Positions 28,401 through 34,661 of a stretch of 48,000 nt of DNA are shown here, piece by piece. A program made the position numbers and the translations under genes. Origin of the DNA: Iphinoe sp. HA4291-MV1 (GTDB lineage Bacteria; Cyanobacteriota; Cyanobacteriia; Cyanobacteriales; Nostocaceae); assembly GCA_019359415.1 (NCBI GenBank), contig JAHHHH010000023.1, positions 1-48,000 on the forward strand, given 5' to 3'. Numbering within the stretch: the first letter of the stretch is position 1; every line of letters begins with the position of its first letter. The notes below the pieces were generated by a model. The model was not told the DNA's origin, made no database searches, and was given only the letters and a program-made list of their open reading frames with translations.

Positions 28401-29071
28401 GACTTTTCAGTAAAGTAGGCTTCGTAGTGCGCCGCTATCTCTTGGATGAGCACTTGCATAGACCAGCGATCGCTGATAATGTTGTGCATCACGAGAAGCA
28501 GGACATACTCCTGTTCGCCCAGTCGCAGCAAGGTGGCTCGCAGCAACGGTTTATTCGTCAGGTCAAAAGGTCGTGATCGCTCCTCAGTAACTAGTCGTTG
28601 CACTTCGATAGACTGCTCAACTTCTGGCAACAGTTGCCAGTCCACCACTGGTAGCGTCAAGGTTAAGGTGGGGGAAATGACTTGGACTGGTTGCCCATCA
28701 ACGGTTGCAAAGGTGGTTCGCAAATTTTCGTGGCGTCGCACAATCTCATTAAGGCTTTGCTTTAGCGCCGCCACGTTGAGCGAACCCGTCAGACGAACGG
28801 CTGTGAATATGTTATGAAAGGGACTATCTGACTCCAATTGGTCGAGAAACCACAGCCTAGTTTGAGCAAACGATAGTGGCAGTTCGTTAGTGTTTTTCCT
28901 TGGAGAAATCGTTTGTATCTGAGGAATTTCAATTTCTTCTTGCTGTAGCGAGTATGCGATAAGTTCGCGCTTGTGTGCACAAAGTCCAGTTTCATTCGTC
29001 ATTTGGATATTCTGGGATAATTGTGCTTTTGTTAACTTTGCCGCATCATAACTCTTGTAAAAGTCAGTCAT
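22403..29071 (-). CDS. NRPS, two modules: C(degenerate)-A-T-C-A-T (modules 1 and 2) with an acidic C-terminal docking tail
   Basis: Approximate domains: C ~27560-28870 (LSFAQTRLWFLDQ, but the C3 motif reads MHNIISDRWS); A ~25960-27520 (FDIAALE, VMQATPATW, ILCGGEAL, NMYGPTETTIWST); T ~25730-25900; C ~24320-25640 (MHHIVSDGWS); A ~22760-24290 (FDISVWQ, NAYGPTECSDDV); T ~22520-22700; tail ...EEMARILAELEELEEL. The start is uncertain. I used ATG 29071 (MTDFYKSYD); the ORF track extends to 29125. Confidence 0.93.
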   Translation of the reverse strand: MTDFYKSYDAAKLTKAQLSQNIQMTNETGLCAHKRELIAYSLQQEEIEIPQIQTISPRKNTNELPLSFAQTRLWFLDQLESDSPFHNIFTAVRLTGSLNVAALKQSLNEIVRRHENLRTTFATVDGQPVQVISPTLTLTLPVVDWQLLPEVEQSIEVQRLVTEERSRPFDLTNKPLLRATLLRLGEQEYVLLLVMHNIISDRWSMQVLIQEIAAHYEAYFTEKSTPPELSIQYADFAHWQRQRLTGEVLETQLAYWKQQLAGASPVLELPTDRPRLAVQTFQGARELLVLPKPLSESLKALSQEKGVTLFMTLLTAFKTLLYRYTSQEDILVGSAIANRNVETKDLIGLFANTLVLRTQIQGNPTFSELLEQVREMTLGAYEHQDLPFEKLVEELQPERSLSHTPLFQVMFVLENNPGEKLELPGLSITPLEVENVTAKFELTLSMEETESGLRSWWEYNTDLFDAATIKRMADNFQTLLEGIVANPQQQITQLPLLSAVERHKLLFEWNDTQQEYPFDQCFPQLFEQQALSTPNAVAVVFENQQLTYRELNNRANQLAHYLRSLGVGPDVLVGICIERSLEMMVGLLGILKAGGAYVPLDPAYPQERLDFILSDAQVSVLLTDSSQLISSPLAFQNKEDLGNITPPQFKVICLETDWENIATQNAENPVPWAKVNHLAYVIYTSGSTGKPKGVQIEHGALVNFLTSMQRQPGLTQADVLLAVTTISFDIAALELYLPLITGARVELVTREVASDASLLSKQIAAAGATVMQATPATWRMLLAAGWNGVPGLKILCGGEALPSDLVQQLLATGAAIWNMYGPTETTIWSTAFEVGAAQISGTTIPIGRPIANTQIYLLDAELQPVPIGVPGELHIGGVGLARGYLNRPELTDEKFISNPFEKAVRAASPTGEGKRLYKTGDLARYLSDSTIEYIGRSDFQVKIRGFRIELGEIEAVVSQHPAVLQTVVIVREDVPGDKRLVAYIVVHPEQVPPSLSELRHLLKQQLPDYMVPANFVFLDAMPLTPNGKVDRRALPAPDMALSLTTNFVAPCTPTQEVLANLWAEVLSLKQVGIHDNFFELGGHSLLATQVISRLRSVLEVELPLRRLFEFPTVAEFSELIEATRHTGLGLQVPAIEPVSRNADLPLSFAQTRLWFLNQLEGETATYNMPEPLRLTGSLNVVALEMAVQEIVQRHEVLRTTFKMVNGSPVQVITPNLTVTLPVVDLQHLPQQEQSTVVQRLASEERSCPFDLSNDPLLRVSLLRLGEQSHVLLLVMHHIVSDGWSMEIFIYELSALYKAFCAGESSSLPQLPIQYADFAAWQREWLSGEVLQTQLDYWKEHLAGAPPLLELPTDRPRPPVQTFQGSTQYFQLNQEVTQKLKTLSQQSGATLFMTLVAAFTTLLSRYSGQEDIVIGSPIANRTRSEIESLIGFFVNTLVLRTDLSGNPSFSELLKRVREMTLGAYDHQDLPFEKLVEELQPERSLSYSPVFQVMFVLQNAQEGKLELPGLTISSLELEEVTATDDLFVSMEETQAGLSGKLVYNTDLFDATTIERMIGHFQNLLEGIVANPQQPIAQLPLLSTAERHQLLFEYNDTKAEYPLQECFPQLFEAQVARTPDAVAVVFENSVLTYQQLNARANRWARHLVELGVGADTVVALLSDRNIDLLTAILAVFKAGGAYLPLNPHHPVERQAQVFEQSRVPLVLTTSQLEPMVTSAFNTLEVTAPQLLLLEQMEEQQHSSENLPVRSKPDNLAYVIYTSGSTGKPKGAMLEHRGMLNHLYAKAQDLHLSDRDTVAQTAPASFDISVWQFLVALLVGGQVHIIRDEIAADPAQLLTVVEHQGISILEIVPSLLRMILQEIDRNDSTRPQLSKLRWLLLTGEALPPQLCRHWLEYYPIIPMMNAYGPTECSDDVTHYPICEPPSEEMLNLPIGRAVLNTQLYVLDSQLQPVPLGVAGELYVGGVGVGRGYLHNPQQTQRAFIADPFAQQEGARLYKTGDKARYLKDGNIEFLGRIDYQVKIRGFRIELGEIEVVLSQHPSVQEAVVIAREDQPGNKRLVGYVVPKSELTVTSSELRSFLKEKLPDYMVPSAFVTLEKMPLTPNGKVDRKALPEPDPTHSELEGTFVAPRTPVEEVLADIWTEILGLEQVGIHHNFFELGGHSLLATQVISRIYDVFQVKLPLRTLFETQTVADLAVSIVRSMAEETEQEEMARILAELEELEEL

Positions 29072-29308
29072 AGGACATAAATATGGATAAAGTGAACAGA
29101 AGTATGAGTGAGATTTTCTTCTCACTCAAGTAAAATGTTTTACTTATTTAGGTTTAGGAAGTGAAACCAAAGTTTACTTATGTTGAAATCAAGAGATTGT
29201 TGACTAACTAGTTATTTTTGCTGCGCTGTACTAGTTTTTTAGAAAGTCCCATTAGGTCAGTCTTACAGGAAAACACACCCAAATTTTCGTCGAATCATGC
29301 AATGTTTC

Positions 29309-30343
29309 TTAGTGTTCTTCCCGCTCTAACCAAGAAACTGGTAAAAATGATTTTATGGTGGTTCCCTGGTTTTGCGCGATCGCTAATTTGTAGGCTAACT
29401 GACCTAAAGCGAGGTCGAGTACGCCAAGCCCAAAAGGACTGAATATAGCAATTTTGTTATTGTCTTGCCGTGGTGCAACAATGCCATTGAGAACATCGCC
29501 AAGGGTACATCTAATAAAGTTTCTGTTACCCGTTAGTTGTTCAGCTAAGTGAATGGATGTTTGAGCGCGGCAAACATGGTCTACATCATCAACGATGTTA
29601 TCAGCTGATAAGATGATTTCCGGTGACAAGTCTCGTAGAGAAGTGTGCAAAATGATACTATCGGGACGACATTCGGAAATATCGAATATGTGTGGCTTGC
29701 TTGCAGTTGTCGCAAAGCAAATCACTGAGGCATTTTGAAAAATAGCATTGGGTTCTTCAACAATGGCAATTTCCAATTGCTCAGAGAGTTGTTGACACTT
29801 GTGTTTGAATTGCTCCGCTCTTTCCCGACTCAAGTCATAAATTAATAAAGTTTCTATTTCTGGGCGAGTGGCTAAGAGAAAGCGAACAGTTTCAAAATTA
29901 ATCAAACCAGTGCCAATGAGACCGACTGTAGCTAATGATTGTTCGCTTCGCAAGTATTTAGCAGCGATCGCAGCACTCGCAGCAGTGCGTTTTGCACTGA
30001 TGACAGAACTTTCCATAATCGCTTGTGGGTGACCAGTTTGTGCTGAATTTAGGATTAAAACAGCCGAGGCTCGTTCCATACCCAAAGCTAAATTGCCTGG
30101 AAAAGAAGCAATCCATTTGATACCTGCAGTATTCACATCACCACCCAAGTAAGCAGGTAAGGCAATGATTCTATCTTTTTCATTATTCGGAAAACGCAAG
30201 AAATTAGAATGGGGTAAGCTGCTATCGCCTTTAGCATGTGTCTGATAGGCTAATTTGACAGCTTGCAATATTTCCTGATCGCGACCTTTGAAAAGGTTCA
30301 CAATTTCATCGCCTTTTAACAGAAGAATGTTGTTGTCGTTCAT
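29309..30343 (-). CDS. sbnB: SbnB-type NAD-dependent dehydrogenase (ornithine cyclodeaminase/mu-crystallin family), 2,3-diaminopropionate biosynthesis
   Basis: DRIIALPAYLGG...GIKWIASFPGN...MERASAVLILNSAQTGHPQAIMESSVISAKRTAASAAIAAKYL...VGLIGTGLI aligns with my recollection of S. aureus SbnB (DRIIAMPSHIGG...GIKWIGS...MERASGVIILND...). I chose the start at ATG 30343 (MNDNNILLL), which has AGGAGG 7 nt upstream (cctcct at 30351-30356). Confidence 0.85.
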   Translation of the reverse strand: MNDNNILLLKGDEIVNLFKGRDQEILQAVKLAYQTHAKGDSSLPHSNFLRFPNNEKDRIIALPAYLGGDVNTAGIKWIASFPGNLALGMERASAVLILNSAQTGHPQAIMESSVISAKRTAASAAIAAKYLRSEQSLATVGLIGTGLINFETVRFLLATRPEIETLLIYDLSRERAEQFKHKCQQLSEQLEIAIVEEPNAIFQNASVICFATTASKPHIFDISECRPDSIILHTSLRDLSPEIILSADNIVDDVDHVCRAQTSIHLAEQLTGNRNFIRCTLGDVLNGIVAPRQDNNKIAIFSPFGLGVLDLALGQLAYKLAIAQNQGTTIKSFLPVSWLEREEH

Positions 30344-30489
30344 CGTAAACCTCCTATGGTTTGGAAACTTGAATTTTACAAAAGATGGAAAATCTGACTT
30401 GAATAGCACTTAGATAAGCACAAGATAAAGTTGATGAAACCTGAATGACTTGGTAGCTAACACCGTTTCACTTTAAGGTTGATACAAAT

Positions 30490-30545
30490 GGGAATCGAGA
30501 ATTGGAAATTGGGAATCGTCGAGCCTTGCCCATTGCCCATTGCCC
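30490..30545. repeat. Degenerate heptamer array (GGGAATC-type units followed by ATTGCCC-type units)
   Basis: The sequence reads gggaatc gagaatt ggaaatt gggaatc gtcgagc cttgccc attgccc attgccc, between sbnA and sbnB. It belongs to the same heptamer family as the arrays at 22244-22320 and 40894-40942. Confidence 0.75.
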
Positions 30546-30556
30546 TTAACTAACTA

Positions 30557-31648
30557 CTATTCAACATCACCAAAATTCTCCTTAACCCAACTGTCTGAAT
30601 AAACTGTGTCAAGATAGCGCTCACCGCGATCGCACAAAATCACAGCGCAAGTTGCACCAAAAGGAATCTCTTTTGCTTTTTTGGCAATTGCACTTATGAC
30701 TCCTCCTGATGAACCTCCAGCTAAGATTGCCTCTTGACGGAGTAAACGACGGCAGCCCACAATACAATCTTGATCGGTGACATGCATATACTCATCTTCT
30801 AGTCCGGGTTGGAACAACTCTGGAACTCGCGCCGCACCATGTCCTGGTATGAGCCGTTTACCTCGTTTGTCACCAAAAATCACACTCCCTTTAGCATCAA
30901 CAGCAATAATTTTTGTCTTGAGATTGTGAGTTCTGATATATTCAACGCAGCCACGGATTGTACCACAGCTACCAGTCGCGCAGAATAAGTAGTCAAGTTT
31001 GCCATTCAGGGCTGTGACAATCTCGTGCATCGTCTGATGATGAGCATGCGCATTATTAAAGTTGGCATACTGGTTACACCAGAAGCTATTGGGAATGGAA
31101 GCAAGCAATGATTTCACTCGGTTAATGCGAGCTGGCAAAAAATCACCCGTGATTGGATCTGGTTCTGCCACAAGATCAACTTGTGCTCCATAAGCTTTGA
31201 GAATGTTAAGATTTTGTTGCGTGGTTTTAGGATCGACTACACAGATAAACTTTAAACCGAGAACAGTACATGCTTGCGCCAGCCCGATACCTAAATTTCC
31301 TGAACTGGATTCAATAATTGTAGAACCAGGTCCAATATGTCCTTTTGCAAATGCATGTTTCAGCATATTTAAGGCTGGACGGTCTTTGACGCTCCCTCCA
31401 GGATTAAACATCTCCAACTTCGCAAAAAGTTGAAAGTGAGCATCTGGGAAAACTCGTGACAACTTGACCAATGGCGTATTACCGATTATCCCTAAAATCC
31501 CAGAATTGAATAAGGGTACATCTGTGCTTGGGGGAATCTCCACTCTTGAGACAAAGGGCGTTCGCGTAGTGCGCTTCGTTTGTTGATTGCTGCGAGGAGT
31601 TGACTTAGCTGGAGTAAATGGTTTGGTTTTGAGCATTTGATTTGACAT
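30557..31648 (-). CDS. sbnA: SbnA-type PLP-dependent enzyme (cysteine synthase fold), 2,3-diaminopropionate biosynthesis
   Basis: FAKLEMFNPGGSVKDRPA (PLP lysine), ESSSGNLGIGLA, CVVDPK, IAVDAKGSVIFGDK and RGERYLDTVYSDSWV closely parallel S. aureus SbnA as I recall it (IAVDAKGSVIFGDK, RYLDLVYSDTW). The N-terminal ~45 aa extension is low-complexity and contains a dispersed-repeat copy (gcgttcgcgtagtgcgcttcg, about 31569-31589), so the true start may lie further downstream. Confidence 0.85.
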   Translation of the reverse strand: MSNQMLKTKPFTPAKSTPRSNQQTKRTTRTPFVSRVEIPPSTDVPLFNSGILGIIGNTPLVKLSRVFPDAHFQLFAKLEMFNPGGSVKDRPALNMLKHAFAKGHIGPGSTIIESSSGNLGIGLAQACTVLGLKFICVVDPKTTQQNLNILKAYGAQVDLVAEPDPITGDFLPARINRVKSLLASIPNSFWCNQYANFNNAHAHHQTMHEIVTALNGKLDYLFCATGSCGTIRGCVEYIRTHNLKTKIIAVDAKGSVIFGDKRGKRLIPGHGAARVPELFQPGLEDEYMHVTDQDCIVGCRRLLRQEAILAGGSSGGVISAIAKKAKEIPFGATCAVILCDRGERYLDTVYSDSWVKENFGDVE

Positions 31649-31991
31649 TATTTTTTCCTTTCTTGTACGGTTAGCTCAGTTGAATGTTGCTTCTTCTATA
31701 GTTGATTTGGAAGTTTCAGTTTCTATAATTTAGGCAACACTAGCTAATTGAAGATTTACGCAAAGATTGAACCATCATTCACGAAGTACAGACTTTTTCT
31801 GACCTTTTCATACTTGTTCTGACTGACGTTATTTGAGGTATGCACAAAAATAGACTTCAAACAATTTTGGATAAATTCCGTAAATGAATATATGTTTTTT
31901 TTATTAACTAGGACTTACGCGACTGACAGGAGAAACAAAATATGATATGTGGTTCTCAGGCATTAGAGCTTGATTTTTCGATGATTTTTAA

Positions 31992-32024
31992 GCGATCGCG
32001 CAACAGGGCGCTCTGCGCGATCGC
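31992..32024 (-). terminator. Possible stem-loop built from two HIP1 palindromes
   Basis: gcgatcgcgca (31992-32002) and tgcgcgatcgc (32014-32024) form an 11-bp perfect stem with an 11-nt loop, ~100 nt downstream of the stop of the HEAT-NTPase gene. No convincing U-tract follows on either strand. Confidence 0.25.
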
Positions 32025-32121
32025 TACTTATCAAACTGCAAACAGAATAGGGTTTCAAATTATACTCTAGCAAGAGAGATAAAAGAAAAATAAGCAGCTA
32101 AGAAAGTTAAATGTTATTTGA

Positions 32122-34611
32122 TTACACTAAAGGTATAAGTGGTTTTACGGAATTGATAACACCTGTGAGTTTGCCTAACCTCTGTGGCACAAAATCAGAG
32201 TCTTTGGCATTCTCAATCTGAGTTAAGTAACACTCACGCACTGCCAAAAGAAAACCTTTGATCGTATCTTGTGCGCCTGTTTTGATCAAATCATCGGCTT
32301 TGCGAAAGAATTGCGATCGCCACTTACCATCGTTGTTACTGTAGATCTCCACCACATATAAAGCTGCGAGATATTCAGCTAAAGGATCAAGGCAAAAACG
32401 AAATTGGTCTTTTGCTGAACCGATGGTTTGAATGAGGTGGAGGCGGTTTTCTAAATAGTCAAGATGGGCTTCGGCATTATCAATACCCTGTGTCGCTAAT
32501 ACAGCGATCGCTTCTGTCCGTTTGGCATTTCCTGGTTGATAACTTGCCTGCAAACATTCCCACGCTAAGACTTTGGCATCTTGGTGAACTGTGCGATCGT
32601 CCAATTTATCAACTGTGACATCGCGGTTCAATTCATTCAAGTAACCCAACATTAAACTGGGAATATTTTCTGGTAAAGATACAGTATTCTGTGTTCCTAC
32701 TTTTGTGGCAATCAATTGTTCAGCATACAACTTTGCTAGCAACACGGTAATATCGCGTTGACCAACCATCAAAGATAGCCGACTACAAGCATCAAAAAAT
32801 TCTTGATCTGTAAAAGCATCTCGTTTCCCGTACTGCATCAGGTAAGCTTCCATAAATGAGGAAAGCTTATTGGCTTCAATGCGGAGGGGTTTTATTGTCG
32901 TTTTGTTTACTCGTCCCAACTTTTCTTCAATTCGAGAAGTGATCACTAAAGCATTGACTGAAAACTCTGGTGACTCTGGTTGAATAGCTTCGCGAGTCGT
33001 AGCGTTTAACTCAGAAAAGCGGTCTACGATAATGATGATGCGTTTTTTTATTAATAGTTGTTTTAGTAATTCTACGTGGATAGGTTCTGGCTCATCAATT
33101 AAAGCTTGCAACTGTCCCCGAATTGCCTCCAAGAGCGAAGATTTACCTTCCACCACCCGAAACTCTTCTTCTAGCAACACGGGTAACATCAAGTGTTCAC
33201 ACAGACGCTGTTCTTTCGTTTCTGCGTTAGCGCCTTGCGCGGCTCCCTTTGGGAGCATCGCCCACCGAGCAATCTGACAAGCTAAACTCGTTTTACCAAC
33301 ACCGCCTTCTCCCCAAATGACTAAACAACTACGCTTTTTCTCAAAAGTTGGGCGCAGATTCTCTGGAGCGAGTTGAACAACTGTATTTCCATCTAACACG
33401 ACAGGAATCGGAATATAGGTGGCACGAGAACTAACTGTATCTTTTTTTGGAAATTGCTCGCGCACTGAATGAATGTACTTCCCTACCCAGGCATCTAATA
33501 CGCGAGGGTGATAATGAAACCATCCGACAAAGAGTACATACCGCAATGGTAAATTTATGCTGACAAAAGGAAGAGAAACATCTGTATAAGACTTCAGGGC
33601 ATTATTGATTTTCAACAGCCACAAAGGCGCTACCCACAGCATAATTAAGCACAAAGCAGGTAGCAAGGTCATATACGCCGCAATTCCCAACAGCAATTTA
33701 TGCTTGAGTAACCATTCCCCAGCGCGATCAAATAAGCGAGTTTCTTTTTGGGCTTTTAGCGCTTCTAGGGGACGGCGGATTTCAGCAGTATCTAATTCGG
33801 TAAATTTATCTTGGTTTTCTTCGAGAATTTTCAGGACTTTTTCAAAGTCAGAGATAACTTTGGTTAATTTGGCGCTGGGTAACTTATCGGCTATATCTTG
33901 GTAGCTGCCGATGATACCTGCCAACCCTTTCACTGCTGCATAACGTACATAATATTCGCCATCGTTCAACAGAGGAATGATATCAGCAACTGCAGATGTG
34001 GCTTCACTCCCCATTGCGCCCAAGGCAAGTGCTGCATTTTTACGGACTCTGGGGTTTTTATCTTTTAACGCGTGCACCAGTGAAGGGACAGCAACTTTTG
34101 CTTCTCCCCCCAGTCGTTTCAACGCCAAAGCTGCGTAAATACGGACATATTCTTCTCGATCTTGCAATGCTGTCATGAGTGAGGGAACTGCGGGTTTAGC
34201 TGAAGCGCCGATTTCACCCAAAGCCAGAACGGCATACATTCGCACCTGAGCATCCTCATCCTGTAACGCTTCAGCCAGAGCACCCACTGCAGCATTAGCT
34301 TCCGAAGCCATATCACCCAACACCCAAGCAGCGCGCCAGCGGATATTGCAATCTGGATTTTTCAAAGCTTCTATTAATGCTGGTACTGCTGGCGAACCAA
34401 TACTGACAAGGGCATCATGTGCTTCTAAGCGAGTGCGGACACTATCATCGATTAACTTTTCAATAATCGGAGTAATTTTAGTGTCAGCCGGAATTTGTGC
34501 CCAACTGTTACCAGTCCACAGCAGGAATAGCATCAGAAACAGTACAGTCAGTTTGAGCGCTGCAAGTAGTGTTTGTCTGGCTTGCTTGGTTCGTGAACTG
34601 GTGCAAATCAC
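32122..34611 (-). CDS. Membrane protein with N-terminal HEAT (PBS-lyase type) repeats, TM segment(s) and a C-terminal P-loop NTPase (NACHT/STAND-like)
   Basis: Signal or anchor-like N-terminus (LKLTVLFLMLFLLWTGNSWAQ). Five or more HEAT repeats (ALIEALKNPDCNIRWRAAWVLG, EALQDEDAQVRMYAVLALG, TALQDREEYVRIYAALAL, HALKDKNPRVRKNAALALG, LLNDGEYYVRYAAVKGL). Hydrophobic stretch LLLGIAAYMTLLPALCLIMLWVAPLWLL. Walker A VIWGEGGVGKTSLA and Walker B-like RIIIIVDRFSE. Confidence 0.7.
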   Translation of the reverse strand: MICTSSRTKQARQTLLAALKLTVLFLMLFLLWTGNSWAQIPADTKITPIIEKLIDDSVRTRLEAHDALVSIGSPAVPALIEALKNPDCNIRWRAAWVLGDMASEANAAVGALAEALQDEDAQVRMYAVLALGEIGASAKPAVPSLMTALQDREEYVRIYAALALKRLGGEAKVAVPSLVHALKDKNPRVRKNAALALGAMGSEATSAVADIIPLLNDGEYYVRYAAVKGLAGIIGSYQDIADKLPSAKLTKVISDFEKVLKILEENQDKFTELDTAEIRRPLEALKAQKETRLFDRAGEWLLKHKLLLGIAAYMTLLPALCLIMLWVAPLWLLKINNALKSYTDVSLPFVSINLPLRYVLFVGWFHYHPRVLDAWVGKYIHSVREQFPKKDTVSSRATYIPIPVVLDGNTVVQLAPENLRPTFEKKRSCLVIWGEGGVGKTSLACQIARWAMLPKGAAQGANAETKEQRLCEHLMLPVLLEEEFRVVEGKSSLLEAIRGQLQALIDEPEPIHVELLKQLLIKKRIIIIVDRFSELNATTREAIQPESPEFSVNALVITSRIEEKLGRVNKTTIKPLRIEANKLSSFMEAYLMQYGKRDAFTDQEFFDACSRLSLMVGQRDITVLLAKLYAEQLIATKVGTQNTVSLPENIPSLMLGYLNELNRDVTVDKLDDRTVHQDAKVLAWECLQASYQPGNAKRTEAIAVLATQGIDNAEAHLDYLENRLHLIQTIGSAKDQFRFCLDPLAEYLAALYVVEIYSNNDGKWRSQFFRKADDLIKTGAQDTIKGFLLAVRECYLTQIENAKDSDFVPQRLGKLTGVINSVKPLIPLV

Positions 34612-34661
34612 CCGATTAAGATCTCCAATCAGAGGAAACTTTACTTATTTTACTCCGGGAT

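Noticed and set aside
8615-28995. Dozens of 60-160-aa ORFs on the plus strand (and some in alternative minus frames) inside the NRPS genes, for example 12100..12486, 15582..15950, 20537..21013, 24067..24519 and 28446..28817.
   Set aside because: They lie antisense to, or out of frame with, long motif-rich NRPS reading frames. Paralogous copies recur because the NRPS modules are duplicated. They have no recognisable motifs and are Ser/Arg/Leu-rich, as expected for antisense translation.
29218-29442. A 74-aa plus-strand ORF between the NRPS start and sbnB.
   Set aside because: It overlaps the 3' end of sbnB in antisense, and no motif or ribosome-binding site was recognised.
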